This document shows, in pieces, positions 55,978 to 64,000 of a stretch of 64,000 nucleotides of DNA. How positions within the stretch are numbered: position 1 is the stretch's first letter; each line of letters begins with the position of its first letter. The DNA is from Candidatus Aminicenantes bacterium. GTDB lineage: Bacteria > Acidobacteriota > Aminicenantia > UBA2199. Position numbers and translations under genes: made by a program. Below the pieces are notes generated by a model, which was not told the DNA's origin, did not search any database, and worked only from the letters and a program-made list of their open reading frames with translations. The stretch spans positions 970,952 through 1,034,951 of the forward strand of contig CAWHBG010000002.1 in assembly GCA_963827565.1 (NCBI GenBank). Direction: 5' to 3'.

Positions 55978-57060
55978 TCAACCCCCCAACCCTGCAGGTT
56001 TTCCGATCCTGACCGGGGTTGAAAATATTTCATCAGCTACTTCAAGAAGGCCATCAAGCTGCGATGTCCCCCCTGTAAGGACAACACCTGCATTTATTTT
56101 GTTCTCAAGACCTTCCTGTTCGATCTTATTTCTTATCATTTCAAATATCTCTTCGGCTCTCGGCTTCAATATCTCCGTCAGCAGGGAAGGATTAATCAAT
56201 CTCATTTTTTTGCCACCAACGCTTGGTATTTCAATATTCTGATTTCTAAGGTTGGGATCCAGCCCCATTCCGTATTTCCTTTTTATGATCTCTGCTTTAT
56301 CGATCGGCGTCCTGGTCCCGATAGCAAGATCATTGGTAAAATTAAAGCCTCCGACACCGATAGTAGAGGAATATTTTAATGCACCTTTCTCATATATGGA
56401 AAAATCAGTGGTCCCCCCTCCAATATCGATCAATGCAACTCCAAGCTCCTTCTCATCAGGAGTGAGCACAGCTTCTGCAGTTGCAATATGGGACAACACC
56501 ATTTTAAGCACATCAATTTTTGCTTTTTTGAGGCATATAAGCAGGTTCCTTGTTGCAGCTTTTGAAGCAGTTACGATCAATATATACACCTCAAGACTGT
56601 TGCCGGTCATCCCAATTGGATTTTTTATATCATCCTGAGTATCAATAATAAACTCCTGCGGAAGTACATGGAGAATATCCTTATTATTGGGAAGCATTAT
56701 ACTGCTGCCATGTGTAACAGCTCTGTCCACATCATCTTTTGTTATCTCCCTGTTCCTGCCTCCCGTAATATTTATACTTCCTTTTGCACTGATAGACTGG
56801 ACATGACTTCCGGAAATATTTATATATGCAGACTCAACTTCAACACCTGCAGTCAGTTCGGCTTCCTTGACCGACCTCTTAATATCCTCAACAGTATTGT
56901 TCATGTCGACAATAACTCCTCTTTTTATTCCTGTTGAGTCTGCTATACCGTATCCGATAACCTCTATTTCGTCTCTATCGTCCTCGGTCTTTACCTGTCC
57001 TATGATAGTGCTGATTTTTTTTGTTCCTATATCAATTCCGACTATAAAATTGTTTTTCAT
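55978..57060 (-). CDS. ftsA: Cell division protein FtsA (3' end apparently frameshifted; true end probably 55844)
   Basis: IVGIDIGTKKIS phosphate-1 motif and DIGGGTTDF. The ORF stops right after a G6 run at RIGKPAGLGG. The conserved FtsA C-terminus continues in another frame. Confidence 0.9.
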   Translation of the reverse strand: MKNNFIVGIDIGTKKISTIIGQVKTEDDRDEIEVIGYGIADSTGIKRGVIVDMNNTVEDIKRSVKEAELTAGVEVESAYINISGSHVQSISAKGSINITGGRNREITKDDVDRAVTHGSSIMLPNNKDILHVLPQEFIIDTQDDIKNPIGMTGNSLEVYILIVTASKAATRNLLICLKKAKIDVLKMVLSHIATAEAVLTPDEKELGVALIDIGGGTTDFSIYEKGALKYSSTIGVGGFNFTNDLAIGTRTPIDKAEIIKRKYGMGLDPNLRNQNIEIPSVGGKKMRLINPSLLTEILKPRAEEIFEMIRNKIEQEGLENKINAGVVLTGGTSQLDGLLEVADEIFSTPVRIGKPAGLGG

Positions 57061-57064
57061 TTCT

Positions 57065-57863
57065 TTAGATTATCTCCTTCTCAAATTCAATATAAAACCT
57101 GTTCCTGAATCTGAGATCAACACTTTTAATCATTTTTTCAGAATAACCGAGTTTTTTTCTTATCTTCAGATATGTTTTTAATCTCTCAAGATCTATTTCA
57201 TTTCCCGTATAAAAAATTTCACTTGTCCCTTTAAGTTTTAAAGCTGTTCCATACGGTTCTTTAAAACTTATATATTCAATAATTTCCTGTTTGTTTAGCA
57301 ATCCTGAAAGTCCCGGAAATATATCATCGATATCTGCAGGTGTGATATCCCTTATAACCATAATACCGTCTAATCTTTTTTTTATTCTTCGAAAAGGATA
57401 ATTCCATGCTTATCAATAATATGGTATTTGCCTTTATACAGAAATTGAAATGAGGGTTGCCTCAAACTCAGCCTTACTTCTACCAGGGAAGGGAGTTTTC
57501 TGGAAATCGACACATCTTCTATCTCCTTTATACCCAGCAATTCTTCACGCAGTTTTGATGTATTCAGTGTCAGAATATTTCCGCCATATTTTTTTAATAT
57601 ATCTTTCACTCTGTTATTTTTAAAAGTTGGTGTGTTTATAAGCTTAAAGGAGCGGATATCGAGTTTTTCCCATCCTGTCAGGAACTTTCCGACCGAATAA
57701 GCAGCATACCCGGAAATAAGAAAGAGTAAGATTATAAGGATAACATGAAGGCTGCGGATCTTTAATTGTCCTTGATTTTTTTCTGCCTGTTTACAGCCCT
57801 GTTATTATTTTTCCTGAGAAACTCGATCTCAGTTACAGGTCCGTACCCCGCCAACTTTTTCAT
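57065..57863 (-). pseudogene. ftsQ: Cell division protein FtsQ (POTRA), fragmented by two frame disruptions (likely sequence errors)
   Basis: Three consecutive pieces read as one FtsQ. First, the ATG at 57863 (ATGA overlap with the murC stop) giving MKKLAGYGPVTEIEFLRKNNNRAVNRQKK. Second, LKIRSLHVILIILLFLISGYAAY (TM helix) ...KDILKKYGGNILTLN...IIDKHGIILF. Third, the 98-aa ORF 57065..57361. The span is 799 nt. Confidence 0.75.
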
Positions 57864-59245
57864 TTTTTATTTTTCTCCATCATGCCGGCAAACTTATGTG
57901 CAGTTTTTGTCAGGTCTCCTGCGGAGAGGAAAGCAACAGCATCACCATCCCTTACCTCATCCTTCAAATAGGACGTCAGCTTATCCATATCACTTATATA
58001 AATTACTTCGCCCGGATTTTTTTCCCTTATCATTTCAGTAAGAACTCCGCTGTTCACGCCTTCGATCTCATCCTGATTTGCGCCATATAATTCAGTAATT
58101 ACAATTATATCCGACCCTTCGAATGATCTTGAGAATCCTTCCATCAGGTTTTCCAATCTGGTAAATCTGTGCGGCTGGAAAACCGTTATTATCCTTCCAA
58201 AACCTTCATGAAGAAGTGTGTCAAGGGTAACTCTGATCTCAGTCGGGTGATGTGCATAGTCATCAATAACAAGCAATGAAGTGCTTTTATACAAGATCTG
58301 GAATCTTCTATCAGGAAGTGAAAATTTTGAAAGCCCTGATATCACATCTATAACTTCTATTTCAGATTCAATTGCTGCCGCAACTGCCCCGAGACTATTT
58401 ATTACATTATGATGCCCTCCAACTTCGAGTGAAACACTCCCTTTATTAATTCCATTAATTATAAGATCATACTTTGAACCAAATGTACCGGATTCAATAT
58501 TTTCCGCTCTGATATCTGCATTTTCAGAAATACCAAAGGTAATAACCTTTTTATTAATTTTTTTCAGTATTCTGCCTGAGTTAGAACAATCTACATTTAT
58601 CACTACGGCTCCGTAGAAAGGTACCTTATTGCAAAAATCGGTGAATGCCTCCATTAATTTTTCGAAATTGCCGTAGTGGTCAAGGTGGTCATCTTCAATA
58701 TTTGTCACCAATGCAATTGTAGGAAATAATTTCAGGAAACTTCCATCTGATTCATCCGCCTCAGCTACAAGGAAATCGGATTTTCCGAGTTTTGCACCAC
58801 TCTCCCCGGTTTTTAATTTACCGCCTACGACGTAGGTCGGATCTTTACCGGCTTCATTCAATATCGCAGCGATCATTGAGGTTGTAGATGTTTTTCCATG
58901 GGTTCCTGCGACAGTAATCGAAAATTTCACCCGCATTAATTCCGCCAGCATTTCTGCTCTTGGAATTACAGGTATCTTCATTGCCACTGCAGTACTGACT
59001 TCGATATTGTCTTTTGTTATCGCACTGGAATAGACAAGGGTCTCAGCTCCATTAACATTTTCACCTCTATGTCCGATAAATATCTTTATCCCGTTTTTTT
59101 TCAACCTCTTGACGGTCTCACTCTCCTGGATATCAGATCCTGATATTTCAAATCCCATATTATTCAGAACTTCAGCAATTCCGGACATCCCGGAACCACC
59201 TATCCCGGCAAAGTGGATTCTTCTGACTCTACTGTGTTCAATCAT
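57860..59245 (-). CDS. murC: UDP-N-acetylmuramate--L-alanine ligase
   Basis: HFAGIGGSGMSGIAEVL and GTHGKTSTTSM motifs. 461 aa. Confidence 0.95.
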   Translation of the reverse strand: MIEHSRVRRIHFAGIGGSGMSGIAEVLNNMGFEISGSDIQESETVKRLKKNGIKIFIGHRGENVNGAETLVYSSAITKDNIEVSTAVAMKIPVIPRAEMLAELMRVKFSITVAGTHGKTSTTSMIAAILNEAGKDPTYVVGGKLKTGESGAKLGKSDFLVAEADESDGSFLKLFPTIALVTNIEDDHLDHYGNFEKLMEAFTDFCNKVPFYGAVVINVDCSNSGRILKKINKKVITFGISENADIRAENIESGTFGSKYDLIINGINKGSVSLEVGGHHNVINSLGAVAAAIESEIEVIDVISGLSKFSLPDRRFQILYKSTSLLVIDDYAHHPTEIRVTLDTLLHEGFGRIITVFQPHRFTRLENLMEGFSRSFEGSDIIVITELYGANQDEIEGVNSGVLTEMIREKNPGEVIYISDMDKLTSYLKDEVRDGDAVAFLSAGDLTKTAHKFAGMMEKNKK

Positions 59246-60344
59246 TCATCAGCACCGTTTTTCTATGTCTCGAAATATTCAGGATTAATCCGCCAATCAC
59301 AAGACTGGAGATCAATGAACTGCCTCCGTTCGAAATAAAAGGAAGAGGAATACCTTTAGTAGGAAAAATTCCTATTGTTACCGATATATTTATCATTGCC
59401 TGAATTACTATCAGGAAAGAGAGCCCTGTTACAAACAGGTAAGTGTATCTGTTTCCCGACAATTTAGCTATATTAAGGCTGCGGACAAGAAATAAACTGA
59501 ACAACCCGACAACAATGAAAGATCCGATCAGTCCGGCTTCTTCTCCGATCACGGCGAAAATAAAATCTGAATATGCATAAGGGAGAAAATACAGCTTCTG
59601 TACCGAATTCCCTAACCCCTGTCCGAATATTCCTCCCGAACCAATAGCATAAATAGATTGCAATGCCTGAAATCCGTATGTTGCTGAATAGGCCTCAGGA
59701 TTCAGAAAAGCAAAAATTCTTCCCATTTTATCAGGATTGAGCTGCAAGATCAGGATAAAAGAGGGAAGCATAAAAACTGCAGATGCAAGAAGATACCTGA
59801 ACTTTAATCCGGCAACAAAAAGCAGTACCACCGTAATCAGTAGTATCAATGCAAAAGTTCCTATATCCGGTTCCCTCAGGATCAGTATCTCTACAATTAT
59901 TACAGGGATGAGTATGAAGAAGAGTTTTTTAAAATCATTCACATCCGCTTTCCTTCTGCTTAACATAAAAGACAAGTACAACACAACTGCAACTTTAGCG
60001 AATTCTGAAGGCTGGATACTCAGATCTCCAAATTTTACCCATCTGAAACTATTATTTATTTTTCCGGTAAAAAATACCGCTATAAGACCTGAAATTGCAG
60101 CAAACATTGAGAAGAAAACAAAATTTCTTTCAAGATAGAACGGTTTTTTTAAAGAAGTGATGAGGATCATAACTATAGTTCCAAGTACCAGCCAACCTAT
60201 CTGTCTCTTAAAATAATACAGGCTGTCCCCAAACTTTTCCTTAGCAAGGATAGACGTTGAATTGTGAACCATTATAATTCCGAATAGTGTCAGAACAACA
60301 ATAACTGCTATCAAAATTTTGTCCACTCCTATACTTTTTACCAT
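59238..60344 (-). CDS. ftsW: Peptidoglycan glycosyltransferase FtsW (SEDS family)
   Basis: A 10-TM SEDS protein with the QPSEFAKV motif. Its position between murD and murC supports FtsW rather than RodA. Confidence 0.85.
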   Translation of the reverse strand: MVKSIGVDKILIAVIVVLTLFGIIMVHNSTSILAKEKFGDSLYYFKRQIGWLVLGTIVMILITSLKKPFYLERNFVFFSMFAAISGLIAVFFTGKINNSFRWVKFGDLSIQPSEFAKVAVVLYLSFMLSRRKADVNDFKKLFFILIPVIIVEILILREPDIGTFALILLITVVLLFVAGLKFRYLLASAVFMLPSFILILQLNPDKMGRIFAFLNPEAYSATYGFQALQSIYAIGSGGIFGQGLGNSVQKLYFLPYAYSDFIFAVIGEEAGLIGSFIVVGLFSLFLVRSLNIAKLSGNRYTYLFVTGLSFLIVIQAMINISVTIGIFPTKGIPLPFISNGGSSLISSLVIGGLILNISRHRKTVLMND

Positions 60345-61715
60345 TTATATACCTTTTAGAAATTTCTCAACTTCCCTCTTGAAAATATCTCCTCTCTCTT
60401 CATAGTTCCGAAACATATCGAAACTGGAGCAGCCGGGAGCGAGGAGGACAGTCCCCCCGCTCCCGGCCAACACCTCAAAGCCTTTTCTCAACGCTTCATC
60501 CAGGGCTTCTGCCCTGGTGAAAAAATTTTTATCCGAATTTAAAGCAGCTGAGATAGTGTCAGCTGCCTCCCCTATCAGAATTATTCCTTTTATTTTATTA
60601 CCGATATAATCCTTTATAAGATCAAAATTTCCACCTTTATCCCTTCCTCCCAGGATCAGGGCAATGTTATCATCGATCCCCCTGATCGATTTTACTGCGG
60701 CTTCTACGTTAGTGGCTTTAGAATCATTGATAAATCTGACCCCGTCTTTCTCTCCACAGACTTCCATTCTGTGATCCAACCCTCTGAAACTTTTTATCGA
60801 ATCAGGGATACGTTCAGCAGGTACATCTTTTAATAAAACTGCAATCAACGAGGCAAGAATATTCTCAAGGTTGTGTGAACCTATCAGAGGATTACCTTCA
60901 AGTGATATAGATATCTCTGATCCATCAAGCCTTACAACAGCATTTTCCCCGCTTATCCATGCCCCTTCATCAAATCCTCCCCTCTCAAGAGAGAACCAGA
61001 TCTTCCTGAAATCACCCTCCTCCGAATTAAAGAATTTTTCACGTAGAAACTGGTCATCATAATTAAGAATTACAGGGTCATCCACGGTCAGATTTTTCAG
61101 AATATTCAGCTTTGCCTCAATATAGTCTGAAAGTGACGGGTACCGGTCAAGATGATCAGGTGTAACATTAAGTATAAATGTAACCTCCGGTTTAAACTTA
61201 TCTATCTCTTCAAGTTGAAAACTTGAGACCTCAAGTACAATAAGACTTCCTTCACCGATCTCTTTAATCTCCGAAATTAGTGGTATCCCGATATTCCCTG
61301 CCAGGTGAGAATCAAGTCCTGAATTTTGAAATATGTGATGGATCAGGCTGACTGTCGTTGATTTCCCATTTGTTCCCGTAACTGCAATAATTCCTGATCT
61401 GATAAAAGAGGATGCAAACTCCATCTCTGAAATTATCTTAGCTCCGGATCCCCTTAAAGGTAAGAACCTTTTATCCCTCCCGTTCACTCCCGGGCTGAAT
61501 ATGACAAGGTCGGTCTCCGCCATTTTTAATATCCCTTCATTACCGGACACAACCTTTATCTCTACATCATTTAAAGGTTTTTCAACTCCGTTCAGATCGA
61601 CTTCATTATCATCAAAGATCACTATTTCTGAAACAGAACTGTCCCTGAGCAGAAAGTGAAAGAGAGCTTTCCCTGTTCTGCCGAACCCTGCAATGCTTAC
61701 CTTTTTTTTATCCAT
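60345..61715 (-). CDS. murD: UDP-N-acetylmuramoylalanine--D-glutamate ligase
   Basis: VTGTNGKSTT P-loop, Mur ligase middle and C-terminal domains. 456 aa. Confidence 0.9.
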   Translation of the reverse strand: MDKKKVSIAGFGRTGKALFHFLLRDSSVSEIVIFDDNEVDLNGVEKPLNDVEIKVVSGNEGILKMAETDLVIFSPGVNGRDKRFLPLRGSGAKIISEMEFASSFIRSGIIAVTGTNGKSTTVSLIHHIFQNSGLDSHLAGNIGIPLISEIKEIGEGSLIVLEVSSFQLEEIDKFKPEVTFILNVTPDHLDRYPSLSDYIEAKLNILKNLTVDDPVILNYDDQFLREKFFNSEEGDFRKIWFSLERGGFDEGAWISGENAVVRLDGSEISISLEGNPLIGSHNLENILASLIAVLLKDVPAERIPDSIKSFRGLDHRMEVCGEKDGVRFINDSKATNVEAAVKSIRGIDDNIALILGGRDKGGNFDLIKDYIGNKIKGIILIGEAADTISAALNSDKNFFTRAEALDEALRKGFEVLAGSGGTVLLAPGCSSFDMFRNYEERGDIFKREVEKFLKGI

Positions 61716-63096
61716 TCCCTATTTTTTTTATTGCATCCTCTAGTCCTATACCCCGGGATGCCTTGAAAAGAATTACACTTTCCTCCAAAACATTCTTTTC
61801 TATAAAATCCCCGGCTTCTTCTGAGGTTTTAAAATTAATAATTTTTGATGATGGGAATCCCCCCGCTTCTGCCCCGCGGGCAATTGCCCTCGATCTGTCA
61901 CCAACAGTGATCAGCATCTGGAAGCCAAGCCCTGCAAATACCTTACCTGATTCAAAATGATAACTGTCCTCGTCTTCACCGAGCTCCAGCATATCACCCA
62001 ACACTGCTATTTTTTCTGTATTATATTCATCGTCCACCCATTCAAGCGTTTTTTTCAGTGCAACCGGATTTGAATTATATGTCTCATCAATTATTGTGAA
62101 ATTACCTATACGGTTTATCTCACCCCGGCCTGGTACAACTTCAATATTTTTTACTGATTCAGAAATTTCAAAATTCTTCATACCTGAATGCTGGGCAACA
62201 ATTATTGAAGCAAAAAGATTTTCTATCTGAACATTATTAATAAGGTTTGTTTCAAATCTCTCTTCTATCCCGTAAAAATCGATGAATAAACGACTATTCT
62301 CACCAATCTTCTCCACTCCCCTCAAAACTATATCATTACCGCCTTCTGATCTTCCGAAGAATACTTTCCTTCCCTTTTTACTGTTTACTTCTTCCTTTAT
62401 ATACTCAGAATCACCTGAAATAAATGAGATCCCGTCTGCTTCCAGATAATTCAGGATCTCTGCTTTCCCCCTGGCTACATTCTTCAGGGTCTTGAGAAAT
62501 TCCATATGAACGGGAAAAACATTCAGGATCACTGCAATATCAGGCCTCAGTATATCTGCAAGAAGATCAATCTCTCCTATCCCCGGGTAACTCATAGCAA
62601 GTTCAAAGACTGCAAAATCCTCATCACCATTTAATTTCAGCATTGAGAAAGGGAGACCTATCCAGTTGTTCCAGTTTTTATAAGACCTGAATACTTTATA
62701 GTTTGTTGAAAGTATCTGTGCAATAAACTCTTTTGTTGTTGTCTTACCGGCACTTCCCGTAATCCCGATATATTTTATTTTTCCAAACCTGTATCTTACA
62801 TTGGATGCCAGTTTGTGGACTGCTTTTAATGTATCATTTACAATAATAAGGGGAATAGCCGTTGAAGACGTGTCAAAATCTTTATTAACAACTGCGGCAA
62901 TACCTTTAAAATTTTTAAGCGCCGGTACAAATCTATGCCCGTCTCCACTATCGGAATTGAGGGCAAAAAAGAGAGTATTCTTTTTACTTATATTCCGTGT
63001 ATCAAATTCAAACTCAGTAAAGCTCTCTTCTCCGCTGAAATTAAGAGATTTTCCACCTGTAATATCAAGAATCTCTTTTATTGTGAACTCAGCCAT
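61708..63096 (-). CDS. murF: UDP-N-acetylmuramoyl-tripeptide--D-alanyl-D-alanine ligase
   Basis: GITGSAGKTTTKE P-loop. 462 aa, overlapping both murE and murD by 8 nt. Confidence 0.9.
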   Translation of the reverse strand: MAEFTIKEILDITGGKSLNFSGEESFTEFEFDTRNISKKNTLFFALNSDSGDGHRFVPALKNFKGIAAVVNKDFDTSSTAIPLIIVNDTLKAVHKLASNVRYRFGKIKYIGITGSAGKTTTKEFIAQILSTNYKVFRSYKNWNNWIGLPFSMLKLNGDEDFAVFELAMSYPGIGEIDLLADILRPDIAVILNVFPVHMEFLKTLKNVARGKAEILNYLEADGISFISGDSEYIKEEVNSKKGRKVFFGRSEGGNDIVLRGVEKIGENSRLFIDFYGIEERFETNLINNVQIENLFASIIVAQHSGMKNFEISESVKNIEVVPGRGEINRIGNFTIIDETYNSNPVALKKTLEWVDDEYNTEKIAVLGDMLELGEDEDSYHFESGKVFAGLGFQMLITVGDRSRAIARGAEAGGFPSSKIINFKTSEEAGDFIEKNVLEESVILFKASRGIGLEDAIKKIGNG

Positions 63097-64000
63097 TTTT
63101 CCTCTCTGTAAGTCTGGATACTACCTCATAATCATCAAAATGGATCACATTCTTACCAAGTATCTGGTAATCCTCATGACCCTTCCCTGCTATAATTACA
63201 ATATCCCCCTTTTCAGCACTTTTTATCCCTGCCGAAATTCCGGATTCCCTCTCTTCTCTAACCTGATAGGAAGTAAAACCTCTCGGGAAACCTGATATTA
63301 TCTGTTCTATAATGAGGGCAGGTTCCTCATCACGGGGATTATCACTTGTCACGATAACTTCATCTGCATATTTTGCAGCAACCTCTCCCATACGCGGCCT
63401 TTTTGTGGTATCCCTGGAACCACCTGCACCAAACACAAGTATTATCTTCCGGAAATTTAATTCCTTTACACTTTTTAAGAGGTTCTCAAGTGCATTATCC
63501 GTGTGAGCATAATCTATCATTACAGTAAAATCGTTCTCATAAACTGTATCCAGCCTTCCCTTAACCGTTGAAAATTCCTTAAGCGCTAAGGTGATATCTT
63601 TAAAGCTTATATTTTTCACAATTGAGGATGCAACAGCAGCAAGTATATTTAAAAGGTTCACCCTTCCAATAAGACTGCATTTTATCTTCAACTCACCGGC
63701 CGGGGTTGATATAACCGCTTCAATCCCTTTTGCTGAAAGTTTGTAATTGAGTGGCCTGACATCAGCCTCTTCTGAGAATCCGTATGTAATATATTTAGAA
63801 TCGATCATATCAATGATCACATCCCCTTTCTCATCATCTATATTAATAATTGCCCATTTATCAGGTGATAATGATGAAAACAGAGAGAGTTTAGAATCAA
63901 AATAGTTCTCCATATTGTGATGGAAATCGAGATGATCTCCGGACAAATTTGTATAAATAGCCTGAGAAAATTCGATACCGGTCACCCTCTCTAATTCCAA
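63089..64000 (-). CDS. murE: UDP-N-acetylmuramoyl-L-alanyl-D-glutamate--2,6-diaminopimelate (or lysine) ligase, C-terminal part; 5' end outside the window
   Basis: Mur ligase middle and C-terminal region (DYAHTDNALENLL, GAGGSRD..KRP.MG, VTSDNPR.E.P, IAGKGHE.YQ). Confidence 0.9.
   Translation of the reverse strand: MELERVTGIEFSQAIYTNLSGDHLDFHHNMENYFDSKLSLFSSLSPDKWAIINIDDEKGDVIIDMIDSKYITYGFSEEADVRPLNYKLSAKGIEAVISTPAGELKIKCSLIGRVNLLNILAAVASSIVKNISFKDITLALKEFSTVKGRLDTVYENDFTVMIDYAHTDNALENLLKSVKELNFRKIILVFGAGGSRDTTKRPRMGEVAAKYADEVIVTSDNPRDEEPALIIEQIISGFPRGFTSYQVREERESGISAGIKSAEKGDIVIIAGKGHEDYQILGKNVIHFDDYEVVSRLTERKNG

Overview
AT-rich 64-kb chromosomal window from a diderm, probably anaerobic, amino-acid-fermenting bacterium. 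An uncultivated FCB-related or candidate-phylum lineage is only a guess from gene content. I saw no rRNA, tRNA, CRISPR array, transposase, integrase or prophage genes.

Gene content, left to right:
- Truncated molybdopterin oxidoreductase (missing from the ORF track), a cupin, and glutamate formimidoyltransferase.
- A four-gene Na+-translocating biotin decarboxylase operon (mmdA-type carboxyltransferase, small membrane subunit, biotin carrier, beta pump).
- A HAD hydrolase, then a REC-DUF4388-Roadblock response regulator divergent from a PAS histidine kinase / sigma-54 NtrC-type pair.
- An ECF sigma / anti-sigma / vWA / VIT-vWA operon.
- A DUF559 gene bracketed by about 80-bp structured direct repeats.
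- ftsY-ribD-ribE-ribBA.
- A fimT/pilV/pilW/pilX/pilY1-like minor-pilin operon and a tricorn-like S41 protease.
- A tandemly duplicated ~6.9-kb cassette (Oar-like outer-membrane barrel, Fis-HTH mini-protein, receiver-less LytTR protein, membrane-tethered propeller/Y_Y_Y/LuxR regulator).
- Envelope genes (ugd, glmS), hutI, and a dcw cluster (murE-murF-murD-ftsW-murC-ftsQ-ftsA-ftsZ) lacking mraY, murG and ddl.

The most interesting candidate for an undescribed system is the duplicated barrel-plus-three-regulator cassette. Its barrel genes are homogenised, its regulators have diverged, and the palindromic operator-like sites in its divergent promoter regions covary between copies.

Major caveat: I find at least eight single-base frame disruptions. 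They affect ftsY (two), ftsQ (two), ftsA, the VIT-vWA gene, barrel copy 2 and regulator copy 2. Several fall in homopolymer runs and several are in essential genes. Sequencing or assembly indels are therefore the default explanation, and pseudogene calls are provisional.
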